Positions 25,021-38,560 of a DNA stretch of 64,000 bases are shown piece after piece. The notes under the pieces were generated by a model, which was not told the origin of the DNA, made no database searches, and saw only the letters and a list, made by a program, of their open reading frames with translations. The stretch's first letter is position 1. Every line of letters begins with the position of its first letter. The position numbers and the translations under genes were made by a program. Source of the DNA: Perkinsus olseni (taxonomy: Eukaryota); NCBI GenBank assembly GCA_013115125.1, contig JABANN010000107.1, positions 1 to 64,000 of the forward strand, given 5' to 3'.

Positions 25021-27386
25021 ATGTCCTCATCTCTTCTTCCCGACTGTTTTGAAGCCCTTGCCTCCCTACCGGAGCACCAGAAGACCTATTCGAAGTGCTT
25101 GAAATATGGTACTAACAGGGGCGCTGCGTATACTCATACCACTCCTTTCTCAACTTATCTTCAATTAAGGTACCGCTGGCTTCCGTGAGGTAGCCGATGA
25201 GTTGCCATTGGATGCGGTCTTTTTCCGCATGGGCGTGCTCGCCGCGGCCCGTTCTCGCGTCCTCGGCGGCAAAGTCATGGGCGTGATGATCACCGCTTCC
25301 CACAACCCTGAGCCGGTAGGCAGGAGGTCGGATGGGCGTATCTTTATGTGCATGCGTGCATCATCAGGATAACGGAGTTAAGATGATCGAGCCCAATGGT
25401 GGCATGCTCGTTACTGACTGGGAAGAGCTGTGCGAGAAGGTGGCCAATGCTGAGGATGTAGTATCCAAGGTTGATCCGTGTATCTGGCAGAACAACTCCC
25501 TCAGGTCGCGACCTTCCGTGCTCTCATCGAGAAGACTCTCGAGGGCTCCACTTGCAAGGCCGGCGTAGTGTTCGTCGGTTGCGATACCCGATCCAGCAGC
25601 AGACGCCTTCTTCGATGCGTACGCCTCTCGGTTCGCTTTCCCTATCTTACTATTTTTCTATCAATAGGTATGCCGAGGAGTAGCTGCTTGTGGTGGCTAC
25701 TGTGAAAACTGGGGAGAGCTCACCACCCCTGCCCTTCACCACATCGTCCGTCAAGCCAATGGCCTCGGTCACGAGGTCTCCTTGGCCAGCAAGGAGGGCT
25801 TCGTCCGCATGTTCAGCGAGGGCTTCCGCCGAGTGACCGCCGGCGTGTCGACTGACTCCCAGCTCTCTCGCGGCCCTGTACTGGTCGATGCCGCTGGTGG
25901 CGTCGGTTTTGAGATGGTTGAGAAGGTCGCCGAGACCATGTCTGACACCCTAGCCATTGAGCCTCGTAATGGTCCTGCCACCCCCGGTCTTATCCTCAAC
26001 CATGAATGCGGGGCTGAGTACGTCCAGAAGGGTCGGTGCCCTCCTAAGGGTAAGTCTAGTCGCTTCCATTCTGCTATGCTGCATGGTTCGGTCAGGTTCC
26101 TTCTCTGCCACGGCTGATGCTGGCCATAGGATAGCCTCCCTTGACGGTGATGCAGATAGGCTGGTCTACTCCTACTGGGATGTCGACATGAAGTAGTGGC
26201 GCTCTCAGGGGGTCGTGGTATGGCAACAACTCGATCCTTCCAGGTGGCATCTGCTCGATGGCGATAAGATCGCTGCTTTGCTAGCTGAGTTCATCCAGGC
26301 TCAGTTGACTTTGGCTGGGTTGAAGGATGATGAGGACTGCCAGTTTGCTGCCGTAAATCGCCGCGAAGTCGCCCTAATTTGTGTGAGATTTTTCCTGTAG
26401 GTCCAAACGGCCTACGCCAATGGCAACTCCGGTCGGTTCATCCGAGAGAAGCTCGGCGCCCGAGTCGAGATGGCGAAGACTGGCGTGAAATACGTAGGTC
26501 GATTGTGTGTAGGGGAAGGTGTGGTATTGTCTTGCTGTTTATCAGGTTGAAGCCGTTGCCCGCGACTACCCTATCGGCATGTACTTCGAGGCCAACGGTC
26601 ACGGCACTGTTGTCTTCAAGCCCCAGGCTCTGGCCAAATTCAACAGCGTTCTCGCTGATGAGAAGGGTAGTGCATGCGACTTCAAGGACTTCTTCAACTG
26701 TGTATACTTTCAGCTTCGGCCGCGGCTAGGGAGGCTGCCTCGAGGCTTATTGGCCTCTCCTGGCTCATCAACCAGGCCGTTGGTGATGCCATCTCCGACT
26801 TCCTAGCTGTCGAAGCGGTAGTAGTCGGTCGGATGTTTTGGGGGTGTTGCCATTGCTAGACAATAGTGATACTGATAGAATCCTGATCTTTATTAATACA
26901 GCTGGAACCACAGAGGGCTGCCTTAGGTACTCGCAGTGAACGGCTGGTCTATTGGAGAGTGGGACGCTATGTATGAGGACCTCCCTTCGAGACAGGGCAA
27001 GATCTTCGTCAAGGATCGCACTGTCGTCCAGTGTAGGAAGCAGGCTGCTGACTGCTAGAGTATAGTGACTTTGCTGTAGGTACCGATGACGAGACGGCAG
27101 CCATTGCCCCAGCGGAGCTTCAGCCTGCTATAGACGCTCTGGTAGCGAAGAGGGAGTGCGGTAGAGCTTTCGTCAGGCCTAGTGGCACTGAGGATGCGGT
27201 GAGGTAGTAATTCTGTTGTCGATCGTCGCTAGGGGAGTATCATCATGATCATTCAGGATTTATGCTGAAGCCAAGACTGAGAAGGACGCCAATGAGCTTG
27301 CCTTTGAGGTTGCTAAGGCCGCCTATGAGATCGTTGGAGGTGCCCCGGGCAAGCGGACCCCTGTTGCCGCTGACTACGGCCTGTGA
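25021..27386 (+). CDS. PGM3: Phosphoacetylglucosamine mutase (multi-exon)
   Basis: [29 protein letters not shown] (phosphoserine loop), [12 protein letters not shown] (metal loop), [46 protein letters not shown]. Confidence 0.96.
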
Positions 27387-27559
27387 TTGGTGCCACACTG
27401 TAATTGTTTAGAACAGGATTTACTACTCTTCCTCCTGTGCAGGGATTGCTATAAACTACGCATTTGTTTCTTCTTTCATGCAGCTTGTGTTGTCCCATTG
27501 TGGAGGCTGGATAGGTAGTCCTCAGCCGTATGTGGGTCATGATCTGCTCACGGGTTGGT

Positions 27560-28500
27560 ATTGAAGCATTTTTACCATGCTGGGCTTGGGAGCTTAATAT
27601 CGTAGTAGCCGTTTAGGAGGGTTGTTGGGTATGGTGTACCCCGTGAAATGTGATAGTGACTGTGTTCTTGCTTTGGATGATGGTGACAGCGTTGACTGCC
27701 AGTCGGTGGTGGAAGACTTCGCGATTGCTACCAAAGCGGCGTACGAGGGATGGTTACAGGAGGGTAGTAGTGGGGGACGAGGGGCGGCCGAGGATTATTG
27801 GTCAAATCTCTGGTCGAAGGTCGTGCCATTCGAATTCACTCTGTCATGTGTCGGCGCTTGGATGGGAATTCGGGTTGCAAGCATGTTCCTGGAGATTTTG
27901 TGAAGAAATGAAGCTGAACTTCATGAGCATTTTGACTTCCGCGTCGCCGATGAGTATCGGCCGGAAGCAGTAGTGAGGTCACTACATTGGGGATCATCCT
28001 CTGCTGTATATCATCTCCAGGAAAGGCCGTTGGCGCCGGCAGTAGGACATAAGGTCGGGCGTGCCGCAGCTGGGCAACGGAAGACAGCGGAAGGATCTTT
28101 CCGTGCTCCGTGCTTCAAAGTTGCGGCGATTGCCTGTCCGTGCTGGGTGCTTTGCCGATGATGATAACCTATTGCTGTTACTCGCTCGTGGCTCCGGCAC
28201 TTCAACCCAACGTCTCGGATGCGTCGGAAATCGGATGGGCTCAGCATGCAATTTTTGCCGTTCGCGTATCACCATGTAACGCTGATATGTTGGTCGATGT
28301 TTCTTCGTTTGAGTGTGAGGGCTTCTTCCTTCAGCGTGGATGTTATGGTTTTGTTGAGGGTCAGAGGGGCGACAGCGGCGGTCTTCAGTTTATTTATAAG
28401 AGATGTCAAATACTCCCGGGCCGAGCATTGACACTCCAAAGGGTGACGATGATAATCGCCAAAGCCAGACTGCTAGGACCACTGATACTATCTCCCCCAG
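27560..28500 (-). mobile_element. Degenerate non-LTR retrotransposon (RT N-terminal region)
   Basis: Minus-strand translation gives PTAGANGLSWR (APGPDG-like), then YCFRPILIGDAEVKMLMK (RPI...K..K RT motif), interrupted by stops and frameshifts. Confidence 0.55.
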
Positions 28501-28737
28501 ACCGATGTAGGCGGAGGGGAACTGGAATACTTGTGGGAATACCATAACTTTCGGATCTCCTCGAACTAGTGATATCCCTTTCACTGCAACGCAGCGCTCG
28601 AGTGTGGCAGCGTGTAGAGCGTTCATGTTAGGGCTCCCTTGCTGAACACAACGAGCGAGCAGCGTCAACCAAGCGATGATTTGTTAACCCCTTTGAGCCC
28701 TGGTCTGGGTGAGCTATCGAGGCGGCGGAGGTCCTTC

Positions 28738-31568
28738 ATGGAGAAGGCTAGGAGGAGGCCGTCGGGCTTCTACAGGCCGAGTGATGCGGAGGGGGAGCTG
28801 CCGATAAATGACTTCAATGTCCATGGGTGAGCCTGTGACGGGGGCCGGAGGACAGTCCTGCGCCCGGAGTATCCGCGATGGCGGGGTTGGACTATCGATT
28901 TTGAGAGGGGCACAGCTGTAGGAGTACTCATGATAGTCATTGGGAATAGAGAAAGCACTGGCCGAGAATAGGGGAGTTTGAAGATTAAAGATGAGCCGTG
29001 GGAGTGATGACGAACTTGGACAGGACTAGTGTTGTTGTTGATCTCAGTATGCCGTCGGAGTGGGCAGCGCTGAATCAAATATCGCTGAGGAGCCTCAACG
29101 ACTACACCTTCCACAGCAAACCTGGCATGGTTACACGACCCGGTCTGGAGATATTCGAGTAAGCCCGTGCCGGGGATTGAACCTGTGCCTTTCGAAGTTG
29201 GACTTTTTCAGTAACGCAGAAGATGCTGTGGGGGCATACGAGGATGACGCCACTAACATATCCTTCGAGAGGAAACATGGCTCAGTAACGCCAGTGCCCT
29301 CACCCGTTGTTGTCGTAGACTTTCCCATCAGGCCCCTATTTTACCTGGAGGCCATCGCCCTAAACCGGTCTTCCGGCTGCTCAATCGCGAGCGGCCGATG
29401 AAGCAGAGCAGCGATACCATGAAGATTGACAGGAAGAATCAGCTGCAGTCACTGTAGGCTGTGCTGCTGCAGGGGAGGTGGCAGTAGTCTGTGGTAATCA
29501 GATACATGAGCGACTTCTTTCACAGTGTATTGGATATCAACACGAATATGCTCATTGCAGGCATACTGTTCTTGTGAGTTGGGGCACGTGAGGAAGTAAA
29601 CGGCAGGACTGGGTATATGAATCCTTACTTACTTTCTGACGGCGGAGTCCTGCTGGTGCTGGCTATGAAGACAGAGTCTCCGGCTCAGGGTCTGAGTTTT
29701 CAGAATTTTTCTGGAAGTGGATACCGCTCCATGCGCTATAAATGTTGTAATGAGTACACTAGAAAGTGATAGAATTGAAACTAGACTCACTGGTCGAACC
29801 AGGCGATAAGAATATCAGTCTCTGTCTGATGGGGGCGTCCTCCCACCTACAACAGTGCCACACTTTCCCCTACTTCAGTTACATGATGGTAGTGGCCATG
29901 TTCGCAGCGTTGTGGCTGCTTATCGACGAGCCTTGCGGTGCCCAGTTTGGTGGTAGCTACCTCCGAGCCTTTTATCTCTCTATGGAGACTCAGGCGACGG
30001 TCGGGTTCGGCGCCCCAGACCAGTACGTCTGCGCTCCCTTAGTAGCTCTCCCCCCACGACCCCTATTCAGGTACTTCTCCGACTGCACCAGTGGCGTTGT
30101 CGTCCTGTCGATGCAGTGCTGCGTCACTGTGCTCATCAACGCTTCCATCATTGGCTTACTGTGGGTCATGGCGCCCGGGTGGAGGGAGGCAGCAGGCGAC
30201 GGCGGTCAGGTACACGAGATTGTCTCGGGGCGGCAAGCGGGCGGAGACGATATTGTTCTCGGACAAGGCAGTGATTCGGACGGGCTCGGATGGAAGGCCT
30301 TACTTCATGTTTCAAATAGTGGAGATGAGGAAGCATCAGCTCATTGAGGCCCACGTGCGATGCTACTTCTTCTCGCACCGCGGCCGATACCGTTTCGTAG
30401 GAGAGTAGGTCTCCTGCTGCTGGTGGCGTCGGGTCCGTGGCCAGGGCTGTCTCGCCAGGTACATGCGGTTGAACAGACCCAATGATGAGCTCGGGGCCTC
30501 GGTGCTGTTGGCTATGCCAACGCTAGTGATACACTCCATCGACCGCTACTCCCCTCTCATGCCACCATGTGGGTTATCCGCTCTCACAGTTGTTCTAGGA
30601 CGTGTGCTTGCTCAGCTCAACGTCACGATACGTTCCCCTTCCCGCCCCTGCGTGAGTGTGATGGTCTGCAAGGCTCTCGGGATGACTACAGCTGTCCGAC
30701 CTGTGGGGAGACCTTCCACACTAAAGTCGACTTGAGGTCAGTGGGGCACTCCAGCACACGATCCCTGCCCTTCCTGCGACTTCGCCGCTGGTGGTAGGAG
30801 GAGGAGCTGCCCTGTGAAGAATTTGAATAGTTTGCGTTAGGGCTGTCGGGTCGCGTGAGGGGAGCGCTGACGCTTCTGTGTTCAGAGCACATATCGTGTA
30901 CAATCAAGTCAACGACGAGATCAATGGTGTGCCACCAGAGCATTCGCATAGACTGCCACCCGAGGCCGAGACAGCGATCGAAGGGAGTAGGCTGCTGAGG
31001 TCCCGGGTTCGATCCCCGGATAAGGCGTTTCGATTGTAGGTGTGTCTGCACGGTCGGTGGGAGACCGTAGCCAAGCCGAGCGTATCTACGACTACCTTTC
31101 GCGATCCGGCTATTGGGAGGTTGTCGTCCTTGTCGAGGTAACCCCCTTCCCTGTTGTGCTCCCCTCTGATGGCCTCCGCTCAGGGCATCGAAGGCAACAC
31201 CAGCTCTACACTGCAGGCCAGGCATAGCTACACCATTGACGACCTTGTTGTTAATGCCGCCTTCGCACCTTGCGTGACTACTGGGGATGATGGTGAGCTC
31301 AAGGAATGCTCGGTTTATCGTGGATGATTCTACACAGCGGGAATGGCCCTTTCGCCATAGCTAGGCTTGGTTCACAGTGTTGTTATCAGGGGCCTGCCAT
31401 ATAGACTACTCGAAGATTAACGAGTTGTGGACGTCCACTGGCAGAGTGGCTGATGATGGCTGTACTTCGAACATGTCAGTGGCGGCAAGCTCGCTGCTGG
31501 CTAGAGAAGGCTCCTTCTCCTCGGAGGCTGATGACACCATAATGGACGACGTCCCGTGCAGAAATTAA
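28738..31568 (+). CDS. Inward-rectifier potassium channel (Kir family, multi-exon); start codon uncertain
   Basis: YMSDFFHSVLD slide helix, M1, AFYLSMETQATVGFG pore/filter, M2 (LINASIIGLL), RAETILFSDKAVI, PYFMFQIVEMRKHQLIEAHVR, VIHSIDRYSPL, EVVVLVEGIEGNTSSTLQARHSY. Confidence 0.92.
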
Positions 31569-31870
31569 GGAAATGCAAGGGAGCAAGATTCAGGTGCTTC
31601 GCGAAGTTTGTAGAGCATCAAGTTGATATAATAATTTCTGATTGAATTTTTGTAAAAATGACCGGCAGCACTGAGATGTCCCATTCATACCGTTGAGTAC
31701 TATTGCTCCTATCACTACTGGCTATAGAATTGCTATAATTCGTACCATTCTTTTAAGCTATCACAACTCTATTGGTTTCATCCCTTCCTGAGAGGCCATT
31801 TCCCATCGCACTAGAGTTGTTCAGAGGATCTACCCGGGACCGGTGGTATATTTTACAGTTTTTTCATCAA

Positions 31871-33628
31871 ATGGCATCATCGGCTGCCTCTGATCCGTTT
31901 TATGTAGCCCGAGATGAGGTGAGCGACTCCTGCTGCTGATAATACCACCAGCTCATACACAGCCTACCGGGTTCAGGTTCAAAGCTCAGTGGACGAGATG
32001 AGTGCACGGTATGAAGAGTGGCAGACTAAGCAGGCTTCGGGTGCCAACCTGGCTAGGTCAGCCAGGTTCGAGGAACTGCAACAGAAGCTGAAGGAGGATG
32101 TACGGGGACTCGTCGTTCTCACTCGGGGAGAATTGTGTCTGGATGCGCTCTTCGTCCACGAAAGGAAATTTCAGTTAGCCTTTTAGCCCATTGTGATGAG
32201 CTTACTGGGACGAGCTTCGGCCGCGGTCGCGCGCGATAGACGAAACCCTATATATCGTTCTTCGTCTCAAAGGCGTCTTACCGCGTTCCCGCTTACGAAG
32301 AATAAGGAGACTGCTGTGAGTAAATTCGTTGCAATGATGATCTCAGCGTGGTCGTTACGCCGTGGTGGTTACAGCTACAAGTCTTGCCTGCCATCCATCT
32401 TCCCGTTGTAGACCCATTCCCTCACGGCCGATTTGAGAGACGTAGATGCTAGCATTCGAGCTGTCGAGAAGCATCCGGAGCGCTTCCCGTAAAAGAACCG
32501 AACTGTGTTGCCCGAAGCCTCGGTGATGTCTTTGCTGGACTCAGGCACTGCACGCCAAGCGAGCTTGCTAATCGACGGGAATGGGCCACTCGAATGAGAC
32601 AGCAGGTCAGGTTGGCATAACCATTGCAAGTTGGGGAGGTGCTCCCAACCTCAGGTACGCGATGTGAAGAACGCGATGAGCTCGGAGGCGGCTCGGCAGA
32701 GGCTGACCAAGGATCGAGAGATGCTGCAGATGGAGGAGGGGGCTGCCAGGAAGGCGAATGCTGAGGAGGTATGAGGCTTGGAGCTCCGGTGGGTTATCGC
32801 TAGCAGGTCATCATGTCACAGACCTCCGGAAATATTCATTTTCCTCTCTGATAGAGACCCTCTTGGCGCTAACCGTCAAGTATGATCAAAAACAAGCAAC
32901 AAGCGCACGATAACAGAAATAACAACTGACGTGACATCAGCGGTCATCACTTGAGATTATCCGAGAACTCCGCTGGCTGTGCCTAGTCATAAGGATGTTG
33001 CGCCTTGCAACACCCTCATCACTAGGCAACTAGGTCTCAAGACTTTTCGCCACTTGCTATGCAGAATGAGACTCCTGTATGCTAACGCAAGGCTGTTGAG
33101 AAGCCAAGTTGGTTCAGCTCGCCTTTGTCTCGTGTAGAATTCGAGATTGTTGGGTACGAACAAGCAAGTCCAGGAGCAGATTGTCCAGGACCAGGATGAG
33201 CAGCTTGACGACCTCGCCAGGGTCACTCATCGGCTAGGGGAGGCAGCACAGGCGATCAACGTCGAACTCTACGTAAGTCTACAGGTCAAGCTCATGCGGC
33301 CGAGCGGGCAAAGCTATCTGCTGGGCTAGCCCCTCCCCCCCGCGGTTTCACGATTTGCCGCCCCTCGGCTCGGTGCTGATCGACAGTGGTAAAATTCAGG
33401 ACCAGCAGCGGATGCTCAGCGAGCTGGACGAAAATATCGATCGGCAGCAAGATCAGATGAACTTCGTTATGGGCGGTCTGTCGCGGCTGTTGAAGACCTC
33501 AGATCACAAGCAGCTCTGCACAGTCATCGTAGGTCTTCTCGAGGAGGGGGAGGGGCGTACTCTCAGCTCCTTGCCAGGTGCTGTTCCTAATTCTGATATT
33601 CCTGTTGATGTGGAACCTAAATCTTTGA
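31871..33628 (+). CDS. STX6: Syntaxin-6/Tlg1-like Qc-SNARE (multi-exon)
   Basis: N-terminal DPFYVARDEVQ and VEKHPERF..ELANRREW (Syntaxin-6_N); SNARE motif DQDEQLDDL...AINVELYDQQRMLSELDENID; C-terminal TM CTVIVLFLILIFLLMW. Confidence 0.9.
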
Positions 33629-33732
33629 TATCCGTGTGTTGCTCCCTGTACCATTAGCCTATCATTTCAAAGCTATAGCGCCAGTCGCCTTGAGTTGGAG
33701 AGAAGCGGAAGTTGTGGTACCAGCAGTTGACA

Positions 33733-36001
33733 ATGGCGAACGTCCCTCGGCTTCCTCCTGCAGTGGCAGCTCCGACAGCCTCGACAGCCTCGACTAACCT
33801 GGCTAGGCTGTTGGACTTGAGAGATCTGGGGAGACGCTACGACTCGAGGGTGCTGAGGCAATGGTTGATGGACCAGGAGATAGAGCAGGTGAGGACGGTG
33901 TCCAGGGTGTCTTCAAGACAGAGTTGGATACGCTTTCACACTTGTGAGTTTCCGCATGTGGCGCTCTCTCTGCGATCATTCCCTTGGACCTGCGTAGCAA
34001 ATGCCTCATGCTGAGCTTGGCCTCTCCAGAGACAAATACTCATCGTCCGCGTTGTCGGTTTTCCCGCTTCTTTCGTGGCTTCATAACACCTTGAATGTCC
34101 TACTGTAGGAGTTGGCGGGGTTAGAGGGCATACCCGGGAGGGACGAGGGTCGGCAGACCTACGTGCGGAGCTATGAGCATCACGACCTGCAGTCGACGGC
34201 CTACAGAGTCATAGGGGTGGGGATGCTCGCAGGTGGGCCCTCACTGCTCAGCTGTGGTCCATCCACAGCGTGGCCTCAGGCGTGCTGGGTACGGCAATAT
34301 CGCTGGTCGTGGCGGCCGTCTCCTTCAATGGCTCTGATGTCTGGGAAGGGCTGGATGACCCCCGGAAGCTTGTTGATATTTGCTGTAGGTTTGATTGCTC
34401 TTCCTTCTCGGTCATTCCGCTGCTATTTCAGCCACGACGCCATCCCTGGCCTCGGTCGCCCCTTGGTTGTCGAGCATGCTATTCTGCAGTGCCTTTGAGA
34501 TCTCAGCCATCATGTGGCTCGTACGGCAGAGTCATCTTGAGATATGGGACGTAAGCTATGGGCGATTCACTCGAGCACGCCTGGAATGAGCGCGACTCGG
34601 TTTCGGGTTCTCTGAGGTCCCTGGAGGGCGTAGCTATCAGGGCTTCTCCCGAGTAATCCTGTTTTCTTGCGCAACCTATGGTGGCGTGAAGAGGCAGTTA
34701 GCGCGCGCCCGAAATTCATGAGACATGGAGACGGCTGTGCCGGCGAGTTGAGTACCCACCGGAGGATCTGGTGTTGCTCCGCCTCCGCTCCCTCCTGCCT
34801 CCGTCCGCTCATCGTTCGTCCACTGGCTTCAGTTCATCGCTCTGGCATGCGGAGTTGGATCTCGGATAGTGATACTGACGGACGTCCTGTGTCTGGTGAG
34901 TTGAACCTCCTCCTCCTCCTCGCCCGGGCTCACCAGCATCCTCGTCAGGTGCTCTTCAGCCGGTGTACCGGCGCCCTGTTTCTGACGTATGTCATAGTAT
35001 GGTCATTGAGCGTTGGAGTGGGCCAACTACTACCTATGATAAGGGTACGCCCCACCATCAGCATCAACGCCAGCGATTTCTTCCCGCGGGCTCAACTCAC
35101 TGGGATTTTACGAGGCTACGGAAGCCTTCTACGGCAGCTGCCTGGGCTGCTACGGGCCTTCTGCCGTCTTCAATAGCCGCTGGAATTATCTTCATCGCTC
35201 TCTCGCTATAACTCGCCCAACGTGACCACGAGTTCATCTCATTTCTGACGCCCCAAGTTTCAGAGCCTCTGTGCGTTGCTGCGGCGTCGGGACCTCTACT
35301 CGCTGACGGAGTCCTCTGCTTGTGGCCCAGTGAGCCTACTATGGCCAGGCACCTGGTGTAGAGCCGTGACTAGCCCAACAGGGGTAAGAGAACAAGAGAA
35401 CCATTGCTCTTGTCGTACCCGTCTCCTCAGCACACGCCCGTTCGAGGAGGCAGCGGGTCGAGCCGTGATGTCGACGCTGCTGCTGCTGCCACGCCAAGCC
35501 GCACTGTCTCCATGCAAGGGACCACCCTTTCCGCCGGATGGTGTGAGTGTCTCTAAGCTACCGCCCGTCTCCTGTTCCAAGGTCTTCCTCAGATTCGACC
35601 AAGCTGTGGCATGCAGCTCAGTACTCGGGTTGGCATTGCCTCTCGGGTGTCCTCCTCAGACTCTACGTACCGATCTCGGCCTTGGACGGCTGTGAATTCG
35701 GTCGGAGCGTTCAAAGCTACATGAGATGCTACTCGGCCACGCTGGTACGCCTGTCGATGGTCACTCGCCGTTGACCAGCCTTCAGGTCTTCACCGTCCTG
35801 AGAGTATATTTTCTCCTGGACTATTCTCCCAATCTTATGGTATTCATCACTCTAGTGTACTCGCTGCTGACCGAGTGCCTTTCCTGCCTCTATGTGATAG
35901 CGCCTAGGGCGGACGAGATTGTGAGCCTCTCCGACCGGGGCTTGGTCTGTTCATATTGGTGTGCTCAGGAAGACGAAGAAGACTGGTGGGACGCCCTGTG
36001 A
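33733..36001 (+). CDS. Multi-pass membrane protein of unknown function (multi-exon)
   Basis: A chain of GT-AG-bounded exons encodes many hydrophobic segments (VASGVLGTAISLVVAAV, WLSSMLFCSAFEISAIMWLV, LFLTYVIVWSLSVGVG, LMVFITLVYSLLTECL) and ends EDEEDWWDAL*. Family not recognised. Confidence 0.6.
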
Positions 36002-36172
36002 CTCATGGAAAATTGCCGATAGTTTAAAGTTTTATTAGATCTAGCTTCTAGCTGCAACTCCTCAGCTCAGTGTTGCGGTGGGGACTTCGGGGTACCTGTC
36101 GACGCCGAGTCGAGCTTGGGTCCGTTCTTCTCAGCGCATCCTTGCTTCTGATAGCTCGTCGTAGACTTCCTT

Positions 36173-36706
36173 ATGGTGCTTCGTACTCTTTGCGGCTTCG
36201 TCGGTCTGGCGACCGTGTTGGGCCGCTCGGGCAAGAGAGTGACGAGACCAGAACTGCTGTAGCAGCCTACCTTGGGGACGGGAAGGAGAGGAAGTTTGAT
36301 ACCTGTGGTGACAGCAAAGAGGACAGGCTGTACATGTCGGAAGCCTGTGCCGAGTTCAAAAAAATTGAGGGAAAAACTCGCGTGAAGTTCACCATGACTC
36401 TCGGCGAGGAAGCCAAGGATCCTGGAACAGAGCTCGAGACTCCGTGGCCGATGTACGCTGAGTCCTCAGGGGGCGAAGGGAATGATCTTGGGGCCTGTGC
36501 CTGGGGAGGAAGCGGCGTTCAAAGCGTTCGAGGCTATGGCAGCTGAACAGACGAGAACTGATGGCAGCTTCAGAGCGTTTGTAATAAAGCCAGGCGTAAC
36601 ATACGACGTGGAGATCGGCATAGAAGGACAGAGCATCTGGACCGCCATTATCAAGCTTAAGAAGGCGTCTCTGAGGCGAAGAGTATTCTGCTGCCTCCCT
36701 GGTTAG
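36173..36706 (+). pseudogene. Small secreted protein family copy 1, two frameshifts
   Basis: Signal MVLRTLCGFVGLATVLG, middle part (YLGDGKERKFDTCG..TPWPMY) in another frame, tail (EAAFKAFEAMAAE..FRAFV..IWTA) back in the first frame. Aligns with 37165-37704. Confidence 0.75.
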
Positions 36707-37164
36707 AGAGACCCCGAGCGTCCCCACTCGATTTATGTGCAGATGGTGTTGATGTATTTGATTGATGATGCCGTAGTTGAGTCTGGGAAGGTCGGTTGGA
36801 GGTTCCTCTAGGTAATGCCGGAGCACTAGTCGAACGGTTCACCTTCCATCATCTTCCTGTGTGCCCGACGTCCCTGCATGCCGGCTGTAGAGAGCTGCAG
36901 TCTCGGGGTTGCATCGTGTAGGGCGTGAGAGCTCATGAGGTCCTGTGAGGGTGGCATGTGAATGACGGTTGGGAATATATTGCCGAACCTCGCTTCTAGC
37001 CACGACCCTGTGATGCTGCCGCTTTTGCGTTAGGGGAGGAGCCGTGGGAGGGCCCTCCAGCGGCAATCGACGGAGTTGCGGTATTAGTCGGTCGGAATTC
37101 CTCTATCCGTGTCACATAAACGCCGGACGAGTTTTGTCCTGACAGCTCATCACAGGCTTCCCTT

Positions 37165-37704
37165 ATGGTTCGTCGCATCATCGCTCTCTGCAGCTTCGCC
37201 GTGGCTCTGGTGTCCGCTGCTACGGACACCAAAATAGTATCTTTAACTCAACTCAATGACTACCTTCTGGAGGACAAAGGGAAGGAGTTCGCCTCCTGTG
37301 GGCTCTATGAGGAGGACAAGCTTTATATCCCGAGAGCTTCCGCTGAGTTCGCTAAGGTGAATGGGAAAAGCCGCGTTAAGTTCGCTGTGGAACTGGGCAA
37401 GAGATCCAAGACCCCTGGCAAGGTCATTACCACACCGTGGCTCATTTACAAGCTCGGTATCACTGCCAAAAATCAGGGGATGATCGTGAAAGCAGTTCCA
37501 GAGGGGAAAGAGGCGTTCGAAGAGTTCAAGAAAGTGGCTGCTGAGGAAACTAATACTAACGGCGACTTCAGAGCCTTCGTGACCAAGACTGGGAACGTTG
37601 GTTTCGGTGCACTGCTGGCCATCGGGGGTGATAAGACCATCTGGACTGCGAGGGTGAACTTCGAGAAGGGAAACTTCTTCCAGAAGAGACGCTGTAAGCC
37701 TTAA
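37165..37704 (+). CDS. Small secreted protein family copy 2 (179 aa, intact, intronless)
   Basis: Clear signal peptide MVRRIIALCSFAVALVSA; paralogous to its neighbours. Confidence 0.85.
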   Translation: MVRRIIALCSFAVALVSAATDTKIVSLTQLNDYLLEDKGKEFASCGLYEEDKLYIPRASAEFAKVNGKSRVKFAVELGKRSKTPGKVITTPWLIYKLGITAKNQGMIVKAVPEGKEAFEEFKKVAAEETNTNGDFRAFVTKTGNVGFGALLAIGGDKTIWTARVNFEKGNFFQKRRCKP

Positions 37705-38065
37705 AGAAACGTTACCGCCGGATAATGCCCTACCATCTAATTACATGCATGGGATGTTGATGTACATGATTGGTATGATAGTCTCGTGTTCATCCCTCTA
37801 GCAGCCATTGGTGGATACGCCCGTTATGCTTTGAAGGGGGTCTCGGCTAGATGGGTTTAGAGAGAATCCTGCCCTCTTGACCAGCTGGTCGTACGACTTT
37901 CTAGGCGAAGTACTGTCATGTGGGGTAAGTTTGAAACATGTGTCAGTAGGGAAATGTCCGGCAACTCTCTTGAAGGGTTGTTCTTTCCAGACACTCTGTG
38001 CGAGTTCACCGGCGGGAGGGCACCTCATCTCCGAGGATTCCCCTGTCAGCCCTGTTCTCTCCCCT

Positions 38066-38560
38066 ATGTCCATCGCTCGTGCTTGCTTGCTCTACCTCCT
38101 GTGTGTTGTGCCAACCTCAGCAAGCTGGTTCAAGCGCCGTGACGACCGCCCTCAGCCATCAACTGACCAGGAGTTTTCTCGGTATGTTGCATCTCGGGAG
38201 TTCGAGTCCTCCAAGACCAGCTACTTTATCCGCAGCATCTGTATCGAGTTCGATGACTCGGGTCTGAGGGCCCAGTTGAGCATCAGAATGTCGTGGAAGG
38301 CGGCGCGTCCATAACGCAAGGACACGTCTCCCTGGTTGAATGTGAAGTACCCTCCCGCCGTCCGTGGCGTAGTGACGGTCACGGCGAGCGAAGATGAGGC
38401 GGCGGTCTACGAGGAGTTCAAGCAGAACGTTGCCGATGAGAGTCGCGGTGAACCCGTCCTCGTAGTTGTCATTTTTCGTCTTTTAGATGGCAGTTATAGT
38501 TTCCATGTCTGTGCTGGTGGTAACAGAGGGAAACATTGCAGTACCGTACCAGTAAAATAG
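38066..38560 (+). pseudogene. Small secreted protein family copy 3, in-frame TAA at 38312-38314
   Basis: MSIARACLLYLLCVVPTSA...KAARP*RKDTSPWL...HVCAGGNRGKHCSTVPVK* in one frame. Aligns with 39199-39693, where the stop position is Gly (NPGRS). Confidence 0.8.

Noticed and set aside
31064-31073. ACCGTAGCCA, matching the 5' half of the dinoflagellate/perkinsid spliced leader
   Set aside because: Only 10 nt match, the rest diverges, and it coincides with an intron acceptor of the Kir gene; expected by chance.
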